From IMG/VR virus record IMGVR_UViG_3300031152_000003, positions 6,438-70,437 of that record: DNA of 64,000 nucleotides. One strand, written 5' to 3'. The notes under the pieces were generated by a model. That model saw only the letters and a list, made by a program, of their open reading frames with translations, did no database searches and had not been told where the DNA came from. Position 1 is the stretch's first letter; every line of letters begins with the position of its first letter. Made by a program: the position numbers and the translations under genes. This document shows positions 35,704-45,241 of the stretch, piece after piece. Source of the stretch: a virus.

Positions 35704-36216
35704 TCATCGTTCCCATGGCAGGCCGGTTACGGCGTCGCGGGGAACCGCTTCGGCGGCTGCTATGTCGCAGGCGGGGCAGCACGACGCGGCCTGCTCGGGG
35801 ATCTCAATGGCGCCGATTTCGTACCGGAGCCGGTGGACCCGGGCGGGTGTCCAGCACAGGCGCCCGGCTTCTTCGGTGGCCGCGGTGAAGCTGATGCTGA
35901 CGTAGGGCCACTGTGCGGCGTGCCAGAGGAGCCGGAGCCAGGCGACGTCGACCCACTTCGGGCCGGAGTGGAAGCAGCTCGGACCCTGTGCGGTGAAGCC
36001 CAGGACGGAGCGGGGGCAGGCGACTTCGACCAGCGGGTAGGAGTAGCGGCCGAGGAGGAGGTCGCAGCCGGCGTGTGGTGCGGTGAGTGCGTGGGTGCGG
36101 TCTGCGATGGCTGCGAGGGCGGGTTCGGGCTGGGTCCAGCCGTCGTCGACGTCGGGTCCGGCGATGTCGGTGGCGGGGTCGTGGGTGAGGCACAGGATCC
36201 GGTACGCGCTGCTCAC
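35704..36216 (-). CDS. hypothetical protein (170 aa)
   Basis: GC3-rich ORF. Confidence 0.5.
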   Translation of the reverse strand: MSSAYRILCLTHDPATDIAGPDVDDGWTQPEPALAAIADRTHALTAPHAGCDLLLGRYSYPLVEVACPRSVLGFTAQGPSCFHSGPKWVDVAWLRLLWHAAQWPYVSISFTAATEEAGRLCWTPARVHRLRYEIGAIEIPEQAASCCPACDIAAAEAVPRDAVTGLPWER

Positions 36217-36491
36217 TGCCGTTCCCGGAGTTCGCGGCGGATGACGTCCATGGTGGTGTGGACCGGGTCGTCGGCGCCTTCGTAGCAGTCCTCGTGAGTG
36301 CAGTACGGGCGAGGCGCGCTGTTCGGCTCGAACGGGTGGGTGAGGTGGTCGATGACTCGGGCCATGGCGGCCTTCTCGGCTCCGGCGCGGAGGAGCTGGT
36401 CGGTGAGGTAGGCGTTGGCCTCGTCGAGGGTCCGCCGGCGTAGTCGGAACGCTGTCGGCCAGCCGGACGGCGGAGTGGGCGGTTCGGTCAC
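36213..36491 (-). CDS. hypothetical protein (92 aa)
   Basis: ATGA coupling; GC3. Confidence 0.5.
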   Translation of the reverse strand: MTEPPTPPSGWPTAFRLRRRTLDEANAYLTDQLLRAGAEKAAMARVIDHLTHPFEPNSAPRPYCTHEDCYEGADDPVHTTMDVIRRELRERQ

Positions 36492-36679
36492 GGCTGGTTA
36501 CTACCTGTGGTCCAGATGGCCGGTCCCATGGTGGGCATCTCGGCGAACCGGGCGCGGATGCCGGCCTCGGCCAGCCGCCGACGCCGGCGGGCGGCGAGGT
36601 TTCGGACGGCTTCCATGCCGAGCCCGGCGGTGAACCCGCCGAGGAATGCGCCGCTGAACGACCAGAGGGCTTGGCTCAC
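36488..36679 (-). CDS. small membrane protein (63 aa)
   Basis: GTG 36679 in GTGA overlap; hydrophobic N-terminus. Confidence 0.4.
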   Translation of the reverse strand: MSQALWSFSGAFLGGFTAGLGMEAVRNLAARRRRRLAEAGIRARFAEMPTMGPAIWTTGSNQP

Positions 36680-37071
36680 GGCTTGTCCATCCGGTAGGTG
36701 GCGACGAGTTCGAGGTAGCGGTCCTCGGTGATCGGCTCGTCGTTCAGCCAGTACGACGTCATGCCGGGGATGAACTCCCGGAACGGTGACGGCCCGACCA
36801 GGCCGGGGATGATCGCCTCGCCGCAGATGCGGCACTCGTAGTGCCGGTCTTCGTGTTCGTCCCGGCAGTCGGGGCACCAGTAGGTGGGTCCGTCGACGGC
36901 CTGGAGCGTGGGGTAGGCGCCGTCTTCGCGGCGGTGCTGGTGCCCGGCCCGGTCGGTGTGCTGCCAGTCCGGGTCGGGGCGTTGCAGGTTGCTGGTGACC
37001 TCGATGCGGTCGCGTTCGACGCGGAGAGTCCAGCCTGCCGGCCAGTCGGGGAGTTCGGATGGGGCGGTCAC
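36676..37071 (-). CDS. zinc-binding protein (CxxC...CxxC)
   Basis: YWCPDCRDEHEDRHYECRICGE. Confidence 0.5.
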   Translation of the reverse strand: MTAPSELPDWPAGWTLRVERDRIEVTSNLQRPDPDWQHTDRAGHQHRREDGAYPTLQAVDGPTYWCPDCRDEHEDRHYECRICGEAIIPGLVGPSPFREFIPGMTSYWLNDEPITEDRYLELVATYRMDKP

Positions 37072-37256
37072 GTCTGGGTCCTTTCGGGCTGGTCGCCGTC
37101 GGGGTTGTCGATGTGTTCCTGCGCGAGCCGGTCGAGTTCGTCACGCTCGGCCCGGGGCCGGGACTTGGTCCAGGAGCAGTCCGAGTTGGTGCAGACGCGG
37201 ACGAGAGTGCCCGCGTAGTGGGCCGGCCGGGCCGGCATCACGACATGGACGGTCAC
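37068..37256 (-). CDS. hypothetical protein (62 aa)
   Basis: ATGA coupling. Confidence 0.4.
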   Translation of the reverse strand: MTVHVVMPARPAHYAGTLVRVCTNSDCSWTKSRPRAERDELDRLAQEHIDNPDGDQPERTQT

Positions 37257-37260
37257 GACG

Positions 37261-38088
37261 TCACCGCCCTCTCATCGGGGTGACGGTGGCGGGCGGTCGC
37301 CACGGCTCGACCCGCGGCCGGGTCTGGATCACTTCGGCGGTGTGCTCGCCACACACGAACACCGGCCCTCCGAGGTCCAGCATTTCCCGCGTGAAGAACG
37401 CCGGGACGCATCCGGTCAGCTCGGACAGGGCGACGAGCTGCTCCCACGACGGGGCCGCCTCACCGGCTTCCCACTGGTCGACGGCCGGTTCTTCGGCGAG
37501 GCAGGCCCTGTCCACGCTCGGACCTTCGAGGCCGTTGATGTTGAGCGCGGTCGTGATCCGGCCCGGGTAGGCGACTACTCGTCCGGCCCTGTAGTCGGCT
37601 TCGAGCCGGGCGAGCGCTCGTACGGCGGCCTGATCGGCGCCGACCTCACGCATCGTCCGGGGCTTCGGCCTGCGAGTGGAGGCGACCGGTTCCGGTTTCG
37701 GCACCGGATTTGAGGCGACCGGCTCCGCCACGGGCTTCCGGCAGTCGCGGCACCGGTCTACCTGGTCGTCGCAGTGCCGCACGCTGGCCTCCACCGTCCC
37801 GCAGCACATGCACGCCAGATGGCCCTGCGCCCCGCCGCGGTGCTTGTCCGGGTCGGGCCGGGGCCAGAGCGGGCAGGTGCGGATGTGGATCGTGTGGGTA
37901 CCGGCGTCGGCCATGCCGGCCCACGGCTCACCCTTCGCCCGCAGTTCGTGGGGGTACCAGGCCCGGCCGCGGAACGGGACGTAGACGCCGGCCGGGTCGG
38001 TGTGGGGGTTGAGGGGGATGTTCTTCCGGGCGGCGGTTTCGACCCAGATGACGGCGCGGCTGCAGAACATGCACCGGCCGGCGGTCAC
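37261..38088 (-). CDS. fusion of Cys/His-rich zinc-binding domain and C-terminal XRE-like HTH domain
   Basis: GTG 38088 in GTGA overlap; CPLWP...HLACMCCG...CDDQVDRCRDC then PSWEQLVALSELTGCVPAFFT. Confidence 0.45.
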   Translation of the reverse strand: MTAGRCMFCSRAVIWVETAARKNIPLNPHTDPAGVYVPFRGRAWYPHELRAKGEPWAGMADAGTHTIHIRTCPLWPRPDPDKHRGGAQGHLACMCCGTVEASVRHCDDQVDRCRDCRKPVAEPVASNPVPKPEPVASTRRPKPRTMREVGADQAAVRALARLEADYRAGRVVAYPGRITTALNINGLEGPSVDRACLAEEPAVDQWEAGEAAPSWEQLVALSELTGCVPAFFTREMLDLGGPVFVCGEHTAEVIQTRPRVEPWRPPATVTPMRGR

Positions 38089-38405
38089 GGCCGCCACCGT
38101 TCCCGCCAGCCCGGATGATCCTGGTAGGCCAGCGCGATGTTCCGCATGACGGTCATCGCCCACCACTCGCGGTCGCCCACCGAGAGCCAGTCGGGGTAGT
38201 CCCACGCCACGGCGTAGACGTCGTGCCCGCGGTCGAAGAGGAACTGCTGCAGGCCGATGTCGTACCAGTCGTGGACGTCGGCGCCGAGCGCTGCCAGCCG
38301 GTCGTATCCGTCGGGGACTCGGCTGTCGGGTGGAAGCTCGGGCGGGCGATGGAGGTCGGTGCCCTCCAGGGGGAAGGAGTAGAACGAGCCGCCCTGGCCC
38401 TTCAC
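38085..38405 (-). CDS. hypothetical protein (106 aa)
   Basis: GTG start; Trp/Asp-rich. Confidence 0.4.
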   Translation of the reverse strand: MKGQGGSFYSFPLEGTDLHRPPELPPDSRVPDGYDRLAALGADVHDWYDIGLQQFLFDRGHDVYAVAWDYPDWLSVGDREWWAMTVMRNIALAYQDHPGWRERWRP

Positions 38406-38653
38406 TGCGGGTCCAGGGGGCGGTCGGTCAGTCCGGTGACCCGGATCCACGTCATCGACATGTTGTTGTCGAAGCTGTAGGCGGGTTCGACCGTGAAGGT
38501 GGGATCCCCCACTGGCCGCCAGCCGGTCGCGGCGAGGTCTTCGTGCCATTGCATCTGTGCGGCCTGGACGTGCGCGTCGAAGTCTTCCCCGGTCGGGACC
38601 GGTCCGGGAATGGGCCGCGCGATGGTGAACCGCTGACCGGTCACGCCGCTCAC
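38402..38653 (-). CDS. hypothetical protein (83 aa)
   Basis: GTGA coupling. Confidence 0.4.
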   Translation of the reverse strand: MSGVTGQRFTIARPIPGPVPTGEDFDAHVQAAQMQWHEDLAATGWRPVGDPTFTVEPAYSFDNNMSMTWIRVTGLTDRPLDPQ

Positions 38654-39024
38654 TCCCAGTCCACGACGGTGACCGGGACCGTGCCGCCGGCCCACCAGTC
38701 GATGCACCAGTCATGGCCAGCGCCCCGGATGTTCGCCATGACGTGCAGGGTGCGGCCCGGCAGGTCGTTCAGGTCTGGCCTGCCGTCGGCGCCGCGGTCC
38801 TCGCCCGGCCACCAGTCCTCGCCTTCCGCGTACTCGGCGACCGCCTCGGCGAGCACGTCGTCCGGGACGTGCCCGGGGGCGGCCAGCCACTCGCCGTCTT
38901 CCCCGATCGGGCACAGGAGGATCCCGGCGTACCGGGTGGCGCCGGATTCGGTCATGAGCCGGGCGAGTTCGGCTGACGGCCCGGTGGGTTCGACGGGGCC
39001 GATGGGCAGGGTCTGCCCGGTCAC
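38650..39024 (-). CDS. hypothetical protein (124 aa)
   Basis: GC3-rich ORF. Confidence 0.5.
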   Translation of the reverse strand: MTGQTLPIGPVEPTGPSAELARLMTESGATRYAGILLCPIGEDGEWLAAPGHVPDDVLAEAVAEYAEGEDWWPGEDRGADGRPDLNDLPGRTLHVMANIRGAGHDWCIDWWAGGTVPVTVVDWE

Positions 39025-39374
39025 TGCGGGTCACCTTCCAGCATGTTCTCAGCGAGGCCGGCGGCCCAGTCGAGTACGGCCAGCACCTCGCCGACAGTGC
39101 GGCTCCGCTGGTCGTTCCACGCACTCAGGCTGCGGACGTGGATCGCCTCGGCCAGCCATGCCTGGACCGGGCCGGAGTAGTCCGGCCTGGATGCCGGGGG
39201 CAGGTCCGGGTACAGGGTGTGGACTGCGGTGGCGATGGCGCTGCGAACGCAGGCCCGGTCGTCGTTGTCGCTCACCGTGGCGCCTTGCCGCCAACCTCGC
39301 TCGACGATGATCCGCCGGGCCTCACGGAAGACTGCGGGGAGACGATTGGTCGTCGCGTCGATCTGCCCAGTCAC
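39021..39374 (-). CDS. hypothetical protein (117 aa)
   Basis: GTG 39374 in GTGA overlap. Confidence 0.45.
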   Translation of the reverse strand: MTGQIDATTNRLPAVFREARRIIVERGWRQGATVSDNDDRACVRSAIATAVHTLYPDLPPASRPDYSGPVQAWLAEAIHVRSLSAWNDQRSRTVGEVLAVLDWAAGLAENMLEGDPQ

Positions 39375-39703
39375 TGGGGTGTCCTCTCTGCCGTGCGGGA
39401 CGCGCTCGCCAGCAACAGGGCCAGCAGCTCGTCCGCCTGCTCGGGCTCGCTGACCGCCTCCTCGCGGAGCCGCGCGTATATCGGGTTGTCGGGCGGGATC
39501 GTCTTGAGGCGGAAGTTGCCGAGGCGGCGCATGTCCTCCCATTTCCGGATCCACCGGCCGCCGCGGGATCGGATCAGGAGCGGGAGCCGGTCGTTGTCGT
39601 GGCCGTTGTTGGCCCACCGGACATAGGCCAGCGTTCCCGCCGTCGCGGTCGCGGTCGGTTCGGTGAGGTTGCAGGCGACCACCCGCAGGTCCGGGCTGGT
39701 CAC
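39371..39703 (-). CDS. hypothetical protein (110 aa)
   Basis: GTG start; GC3 only from here. Confidence 0.45.
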   Translation of the reverse strand: MTSPDLRVVACNLTEPTATATAGTLAYVRWANNGHDNDRLPLLIRSRGGRWIRKWEDMRRLGNFRLKTIPPDNPIYARLREEAVSEPEQADELLALLLASASRTAERTPQ

Positions 39704-39740
39704 GGGGGTGTCCTTGGGTTCGCGGCGCGCGGTCCGTCCG

Positions 39741-40232
39741 TCAGCACCCTGCACACTCCCCCCGCACACCAGGCAGCCCGGCAATGACCGCTGCCTCAAC
39801 GTCGCCCGGCAGGTCCCGCAGCCCCTGCCAGCCACGCACGGGGACCGGCTCGGGCAAGACCCGCACGTTCCGGAACTGCAGATGGAACAGGCCACCGCCG
39901 GCCCACGGGTCACCGCAGCCGCAGTCGATCTCCGGGAACTCAGGCCCGTAGCCACAGATGTCGTACAGGTCCGCAACGGACGTCACAGCGCCCGGGCGCT
40001 GCTCCCACGGCGGCACGCCCGAGACGGGCATCCCGCAAGCCCAGAAGTCGACCGTGAGGCGGACCATCGGATGGTCGAAGGCAGCCCGGTCGAGCGCCCG
40101 GCCGGTGATGATCGCGATATCGCCACGGACCGCGGTCGACCAACTGCGGTTCTCGACCATCTTCGCGCACGGGTCGACCGACGCCTGCCCGATGCACCAC
40201 GCCCACGGATTCCGGACCACCAGCCCCTTCAC
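39741..40232 (-). CDS. ASCH-domain protein
   Basis: VKGLVVRNPWAWCIGQ...KMVENRSW matches the ASCH PUA-like core. Confidence 0.55.
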   Translation of the reverse strand: MKGLVVRNPWAWCIGQASVDPCAKMVENRSWSTAVRGDIAIITGRALDRAAFDHPMVRLTVDFWACGMPVSGVPPWEQRPGAVTSVADLYDICGYGPEFPEIDCGCGDPWAGGGLFHLQFRNVRVLPEPVPVRGWQGLRDLPGDVEAAVIAGLPGVRGECAGC

Positions 40233-40891
40233 GCCGCCACCCCCCGCGCCCGCTTCCGCGCCTCCGACAGACGCCACGACTCACGCCGCCGCGCCAACCG
40301 CTCCGGCCCCCGCAACGTCTTCTGCCGACACCGCTCCGAACAGTGCAGCCGCACCCCGACCGCGAAACCCGGGCACGCGTCCCGCAGGCACCGCCGGACG
40401 ATGTGCCCGTCGACTGAGTGCCGCACCTGTCCTTTGTCGTCCAGCTCGGCCCACGGCATGGCCTGCGGGTCGTCGATCGTGTCGTCGTCCCACCCGGCCG
40501 GCGGCACGTACCCCAGCGCGCGAGCCTTCCCCTCGGTGATCCGCGACGGCCCGGGCCGGTCGGCCAGGTCGGCATACAAGGCGGCCACTCGGACCGCGGT
40601 GTAGCGGCGGACGCTCACCGACCGCAGCAGCCCGTCGACTCTCACCGTCGAGACACCGAGCCGGCCGGCCATGTCAGCCTTGGGCCAGCCCGCGGCGAGC
40701 AGAGCGCGGAGCCGCCGGGCGGTGCCTGCGCCGTGGACGGTGTCGGGGCCGTTCCGCAGCGCGCGGAGCCGGGACAGCTTCTTGGTCCGGGAGTGGTCGG
40801 CGGTGGCGTTGGGGCAGCGGCACCGGTCGGTGAGGTACGCGTTGGTGGTGCCGTGCCTGCGTTCGGATGGGCAGTGCGGGTCGGGGGTCAT
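40229..40891 (-). CDS. HTH DNA-binding protein (220 aa)
   Basis: ATG 40891 with GGAGGA RBS; segment DMAGRLGVSTVRVDGLLR helix-turn-helix-like. Confidence 0.5.
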   Translation of the reverse strand: MTPDPHCPSERRHGTTNAYLTDRCRCPNATADHSRTKKLSRLRALRNGPDTVHGAGTARRLRALLAAGWPKADMAGRLGVSTVRVDGLLRSVSVRRYTAVRVAALYADLADRPGPSRITEGKARALGYVPPAGWDDDTIDDPQAMPWAELDDKGQVRHSVDGHIVRRCLRDACPGFAVGVRLHCSERCRQKTLRGPERLARRRESWRLSEARKRARGVAA

Positions 40892-40939
40892 CCGGGGGTC
40901 CTCCGGTAGGCTCACGGGTGCGATGTTGGGGTGTGGGGT

Positions 40940-40968
40940 GGCCCGGCGTGGAGGGGTCCCGCCGGGCC
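40940..40968. terminator. GC hairpin (9-bp stem GGCCCGGCG/CGCCGGGCC, 11-nt loop) downstream of MTase gene
   Basis: perfect inverted repeat in 150-bp intergenic gap. Confidence 0.4.
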
Positions 40969-41063
40969 ACCGGACAGTCAGGCCAGTTCGCTGAACAGGT
41001 GCGTTTTCCCGGCGATGCGTTGGGCGACGTCCATCCGTGGCGTTGCAGGTTGGTTCAGCATGG

Positions 41064-41816
41064 TCACCCGGTCACCACCGGAAGGCAGTCCTGCGCCAGA
41101 CGGCGGGCGATGACCTCGCAGTACCGCTCGTCCGCCTCGATGCCGACAGCACGGCGACCGGAGTTACGGGCGGCGACCAGCGTTGACCCGGAGCCGGCGA
41201 ACGGGTCGAGCACGACGCCGCCGGGTCGGCAGGCGTACGAAATCAGCGGGTCGAGGATGCCGACCGGCTTCTCGGTGGGGTGTAGCGACCGGTGATGCAG
41301 GTTCCGCACCGCGATCACCGACTGTATTAGGCGGGTGCCATCGTCGGTGTAAGACGTGTCGCCGATCTTGCCGGTGTGGCGCGTCTTGTCGCCCTTGTGC
41401 ATGGGGACGTTCCGGTGGCCGTCTCCTCCGGCTTCACGCTGCGGGCTGCGGTATAGATCAGCCCACCGCCCGTGGTACCACTGCGCGGCGGTCTCGTGCA
41501 CCCGCTTGAACCGGTCAGCGGCGAAGGACGAGCCGTTGGGCTTACGCCAGACGACGTCCTGCGCGAGCTTCCACCCGGCGAATTGGTCGCGCTGGTCGAG
41601 GAACATCCGCATCGATCCGAAGCACCACATCGACCGCGTGACCGTGGCGGCCACGGCGGGCCAGCCGTCGGGCCAGCTGTCCCACGGCAGCGACGTCTCG
41701 CCGTACGGCGGGTCGGCGATCACGCAGTCGACGGTCAGACCGAGGGTGGGTAGCACCTCGCGACAGTCGCCGAGGTGGAGCTGCACCCTGTCGTCGGAGT
41801 AGTAGAGCTCGGTCAT
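41064..41816 (-). CDS. DNA methyltransferase (N6-adenine/N4-cytosine class, DPPY motif)
   Basis: IADPPYG motif and FAGSGST AdoMet-binding motif. Confidence 0.85.
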   Translation of the reverse strand: MTELYYSDDRVQLHLGDCREVLPTLGLTVDCVIADPPYGETSLPWDSWPDGWPAVAATVTRSMWCFGSMRMFLDQRDQFAGWKLAQDVVWRKPNGSSFAADRFKRVHETAAQWYHGRWADLYRSPQREAGGDGHRNVPMHKGDKTRHTGKIGDTSYTDDGTRLIQSVIAVRNLHHRSLHPTEKPVGILDPLISYACRPGGVVLDPFAGSGSTLVAARNSGRRAVGIEADERYCEVIARRLAQDCLPVVTG

Positions 41817-41989
41817 GCCGCCCTCCGGTGTGCTTGGCGGGCGTGCTGCGTGATGACGCCGTGCGCGGTGGACGGTGACCAGTTCTCCAGCGCCGTCCAG
41901 TGCAGGACCCGGTTGCCGAGTTCGATGGATTCGGCGGTGACGGGGTTGTCGAACGTGTCGGCGTAACGGTCGTACCGGTCGGGAGTCAC
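41813..41989 (-). CDS. hypothetical protein (58 aa)
   Basis: GTG start; ATGA overlap with MTase. Confidence 0.35.
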   Translation of the reverse strand: MTPDRYDRYADTFDNPVTAESIELGNRVLHWTALENWSPSTAHGVITQHARQAHRRAA

Positions 41990-42029
41990 CCGGCCACCTC
42001 CGTGACGGTGACCCGCCTGTGGGCGTAGG

Positions 42030-42224
42030 TCATGTGGGGTCCTTGCCGAGTGCGGTGAGACCGGCGGCGATGACACGCCGCCACGCGTCGGCCTCGATGG
42101 GGGTGAGTCCCTTCACCTGGTCGCGCCATGCGGGGGGGATCCAGAGGTGGAGGTGGTAGGTGAGGCCGCGGTCGGGGCGGCCTGCGCCGGTTCCCTGGCC
42201 GCGGCCTCGGGGGGGTGGTGGCAT
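42030..42224 (-). CDS. hypothetical protein (64 aa)
   Basis: ORF in operon direction. Confidence 0.3.
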   Translation of the reverse strand: MPPPPRGRGQGTGAGRPDRGLTYHLHLWIPPAWRDQVKGLTPIEADAWRRVIAAGLTALGKDPT

Positions 42225-42252
42225 GTCCCAACTCTAACAGAGTCGGACTGTG

Positions 42253-42867
42253 TTAGCAGCCGTTCAGCATGCCCCGCACCGCCGCTTTCTCCGCCGGGTC
42301 CACCGTCAGCCCGTACTCGGCCTTGACCGCCACCCAGCCAGCCGCGTACGCGCACCACGACCCGCGGTCCGTCGGGCGCCACGTCCCCGGGTCACGGTCC
42401 CCCTTCGACGTGTTCGCGTGGACAGTGACGGCGACGAGGTTCGCCGGGTCGTTGTAGTAGCCCCGCCGCTCCGCCGCCGTCCAGCTCCGGGCGCCGGACC
42501 GTTGCGCTTCGGCGAGCGGGACGAGGTGGTCGATCTGCAGTGCGGCCGGGTCGGCGGTCCGGACCCCGTCGTAGGACGACGTCCAGCACGGTGCCGCCGC
42601 CGCGGGGCACGACGGACGGCACTTCGAGTCGACCATCTCCCCCTCGCCCTGCGCGGCCAACACCTGCTCGCGGGTCGTGCACTTCCCGTGGGAGGTCCAG
42701 TCGCCCCACGCCTTGCGGTCGTAGTGGGCGCCGGTGTCCTCAACGGCGACGGTGAGCTGGTCGAGCTGGGCGGTGGCCGGGCCTGCGATCGTGGGGGGTG
42801 GGGTGGTGGTGCAGGCGGCGAGGACAGCGGCTGCGGCGAGCATGAGACGGATCTGCAGGCCAGTCAT
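42253..42867 (-). CDS. secreted lipoprotein with DUF1524 (GmrSD C-terminal-type) HNH nuclease domain
   Basis: signal peptide plus lipobox LAAC; IDHLVPLAEAQRSG...NLVAVTVHANTSKGDRDP resembles the DUF1524 HNH motif. Confidence 0.6.
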   Translation of the reverse strand: MTGLQIRLMLAAAAVLAACTTTPPPTIAGPATAQLDQLTVAVEDTGAHYDRKAWGDWTSHGKCTTREQVLAAQGEGEMVDSKCRPSCPAAAAPCWTSSYDGVRTADPAALQIDHLVPLAEAQRSGARSWTAAERRGYYNDPANLVAVTVHANTSKGDRDPGTWRPTDRGSWCAYAAGWVAVKAEYGLTVDPAEKAAVRGMLNGC

Positions 42868-43379
42868 GCCCGTGCCGACGCGTCGAAGATGCCGGCAACG
42901 ATCGACCAGGCAGACCGCACCATCGGCGGCACATCCGCCCGCACATCAGCCGTAGCAACCTGGTCGACGGGCAACCACCGCACCCCCGCGACCTCATCCG
43001 GCTGCCCGGTCGTGGTGGCGGTCGAGTCTGCGACGGCCAGGTAGAGCAGGTCGATGTGCCGGTGCTCCGGCTCGCCGCTCTGGCCTTTGCCGGGGTTGGC
43101 GGGGGCGACGAACTCCACGACCGCGTGCGGCTTCGGATGGTCCACCCCGTTCGGCGCGGACGGGGACGGTTCGCGGATGAGGACGCACGGCACCGCGGTC
43201 TCTTCCAGGACTTCCCGGACGGCGCATTCGTCGCCGGTCTCGTTCGGGTCGAGGTGGCCGCCGGGGAACTGCCAGCGGCCGGTGAGGAGGTGGTGGACGA
43301 CGAGGTAGAGCCGGGCGTGGGGGTCGAAGACGGCGGCGGATGCGGTGAGGTGCCGGGTGTCCGGCGTCACGGGGGTCAC
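42864..43379 (-). CDS. Nudix hydrolase
   Basis: Nudix box GGHLDPNETGDECAVREVLEETAV. Confidence 0.75.
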   Translation of the reverse strand: MTPVTPDTRHLTASAAVFDPHARLYLVVHHLLTGRWQFPGGHLDPNETGDECAVREVLEETAVPCVLIREPSPSAPNGVDHPKPHAVVEFVAPANPGKGQSGEPEHRHIDLLYLAVADSTATTTGQPDEVAGVRWLPVDQVATADVRADVPPMVRSAWSIVAGIFDASARA

Positions 43380-43603
43380 CGCGGTTCGCCTGCTTCGACC
43401 GTCTTCAGCCAGCCGCCCATCGACACCCGGGCCTTGACCTGCGCCGTGTCGGGCAGGCCGGCCGCGTCGACCAACGTCAGGAACCCGCGGAGGTCCCCGA
43501 CCGTGAACCGGCCCGAGTCGGCCGTCACCTTCACCACCTGCGAGGTCACCGCCGACTGCGCTTCGGCTTGGTCCAGCTCCGCCGCGATCCACGCACGGCC
43601 CAT
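43376..43603 (-). CDS. hypothetical protein (75 aa)
   Basis: GTGA coupling. Confidence 0.4.
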   Translation of the reverse strand: MGRAWIAAELDQAEAQSAVTSQVVKVTADSGRFTVGDLRGFLTLVDAAGLPDTAQVKARVSMGGWLKTVEAGEPR

Positions 43604-43854
43604 CCGACAGCGCCAAGGACGAAGAAGGCCAGCCATGTGTCCCAATACCCGACGGCCGGGACTGCCAGGTAGTCGGTATGCAGGGCACCGAGGGCGAGCA
43701 TCACCGTCCACGTCGTGAGGAAGCTGGCGCCGAACTGGCCGGCGACCGAACTGAAGTCGGTGCGGTCCACGATCTCGACCTGGACCGGCTCGCTCTTCTT
43801 GCTGAGGATCGTGGCTGCGATGTCTGCACCGGGGGTGTTGGACAGGGTGGTCAC
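43546..43854 (-). CDS. small membrane protein (102 aa)
   Basis: 2 TM helices. Confidence 0.4.
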   Translation of the reverse strand: MTTLSNTPGADIAATILSKKSEPVQVEIVDRTDFSSVAGQFGASFLTTWTVMLALGALHTDYLAVPAVGYWDTWLAFFVLGAVGWAVRGSRRSWTKPKRSRR

Positions 43855-44996
43855 GCGTCGTCCTTCCGGGTCATGGCTGCGATCTGCTCGCGGCCGTCGG
43901 GCATCTCCACGTACAGGTCCAGCGCGTCGATCAGCGCGTGCGCCTCCGCCTCGGACAGCCCGCCCACCGTCGCGCCCTTGCGGCCCACGATCCGCGCCAC
44001 GACCGCGTTCTGCGCGGCACCGACGCCCTGACCGAGCTTGCTGAACTGCGCGACCAGCCGCTCCCGCAGAGCCTCCGGTGTCACGCCGTGCGGGTAGTCC
44101 TCCGCACCATCGTCAGTCGCGTCGTCCGGCTCCGGCTCACCCGGCTCCGACGCGCGCGCCGCCGGCAGCGGACTGGCCGGCCGACGGCCCGCCGTCAGGT
44201 CCGCAGCCACGATCACCGGCGGCGGGAACTCCTCATCCACCATCACCTCACCCCGACTCAACGACCCGCTGATCACCCGCAACTGCCCCAAGTCGTGATC
44301 CAGCCAACGGCTCGTCGACCGGCCCCCCAGCTTCGCCACCAGCTGGTCTTCCGTGATGTCCCACTTCCCGCGCCACCAGTCGATGGTCTCCGCGATCCGC
44401 ACCGGCAACGGCACACCGCCGCCGTCGTTCAGCGTCTTCGTCGCGGCCTCCTTCGCCTCCTCGACGAACCACGGGGGCAGCACCGCGAAGATGCACTCCC
44501 GGACCCGGCGGGCACCGTTGTTGGCGTTGTTCTCGTAGATGTCGGCCATCTGCGACAGCTTCTGCGGGTCCTCGCCCTTCTTCCGGTCCCGCTTGTGGGG
44601 GACGATGAACGTCGCGGACACGCGGATGTTCGACTCCAGGTCCCACGCCCACGCCTGCAGCTCCGACTGGCCGTAGCCGTCGTCGCGGACCATCTCGTTC
44701 ACGCCGTAGTGCGTGTTCCTCCAGCACCGGGCCAGCTCCCGGGCGAGGTGAACCGACGCGCCAGTGGCGTGCTGGCCGCCGCGGGGGACGCGGTAGAACG
44801 CCCGGTCGGCGAGGGCCTTCACCTTGCAGGAGTCGAGCATCTTCGCCCGCGCGGTCTGCTCGTTGCGGGGGAGCTGGTAGGCGGCGAAGATCGCGGCCTG
44901 GACTTCGGCGACGGCGCGGGACTGCTCGACGGCGGTTGCCTGCCCGAGCCGGGGTAGGGCGCCGCCGGGTGCGGGGGCGGGGAGGGTGTCGGTCAC
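43851..44996 (-). CDS. RecT-family single-strand annealing protein
   Basis: core GASVHLARELARCWRN...IVPHKRDRKKG resembles RecT; partnered with exonuclease downstream. Confidence 0.65.
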   Translation of the reverse strand: MTDTLPAPAPGGALPRLGQATAVEQSRAVAEVQAAIFAAYQLPRNEQTARAKMLDSCKVKALADRAFYRVPRGGQHATGASVHLARELARCWRNTHYGVNEMVRDDGYGQSELQAWAWDLESNIRVSATFIVPHKRDRKKGEDPQKLSQMADIYENNANNGARRVRECIFAVLPPWFVEEAKEAATKTLNDGGGVPLPVRIAETIDWWRGKWDITEDQLVAKLGGRSTSRWLDHDLGQLRVISGSLSRGEVMVDEEFPPPVIVAADLTAGRRPASPLPAARASEPGEPEPDDATDDGAEDYPHGVTPEALRERLVAQFSKLGQGVGAAQNAVVARIVGRKGATVGGLSEAEAHALIDALDLYVEMPDGREQIAAMTRKDDA

Positions 44997-45241
44997 GGCG
45001 TTGCCTCCAGCGGGGTGATGGTCATGGGGTAGCCGTCGCGGATGCCTCCATTGATGGCGTCCCACAGGCACAGGTCGCAGACGTGGGCGGGCTCGTAGGC
45101 GCCGTCGGGGTGGGCGGGCGTGGGCGGGAAGGTGAGGTAGACGACTGCGGCGCGCCACCGGGACCGGGGTTCGTCGTCGCAGGGCTGGCAGTGGATGACC
45201 CCTGGGCCGCGTTGTATGTCGGTGATCGGGTCGCGCGTCAC
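44993..45241 (-). CDS. hypothetical Cys-rich protein (82 aa)
   Basis: GTGA coupling. Confidence 0.4.
   Translation of the reverse strand: MTRDPITDIQRGPGVIHCQPCDDEPRSRWRAAVVYLTFPPTPAHPDGAYEPAHVCDLCLWDAINGGIRDGYPMTITPLEATP

Noticed and set aside
42225-42260. Imperfect palindrome CTCTAACAG...CTGTGTTAGCAG upstream of 42030..42224 gene
   Set aside because: Arms are not truly complementary on recheck. Left as unannotated AT-richer promoter-like spacer.
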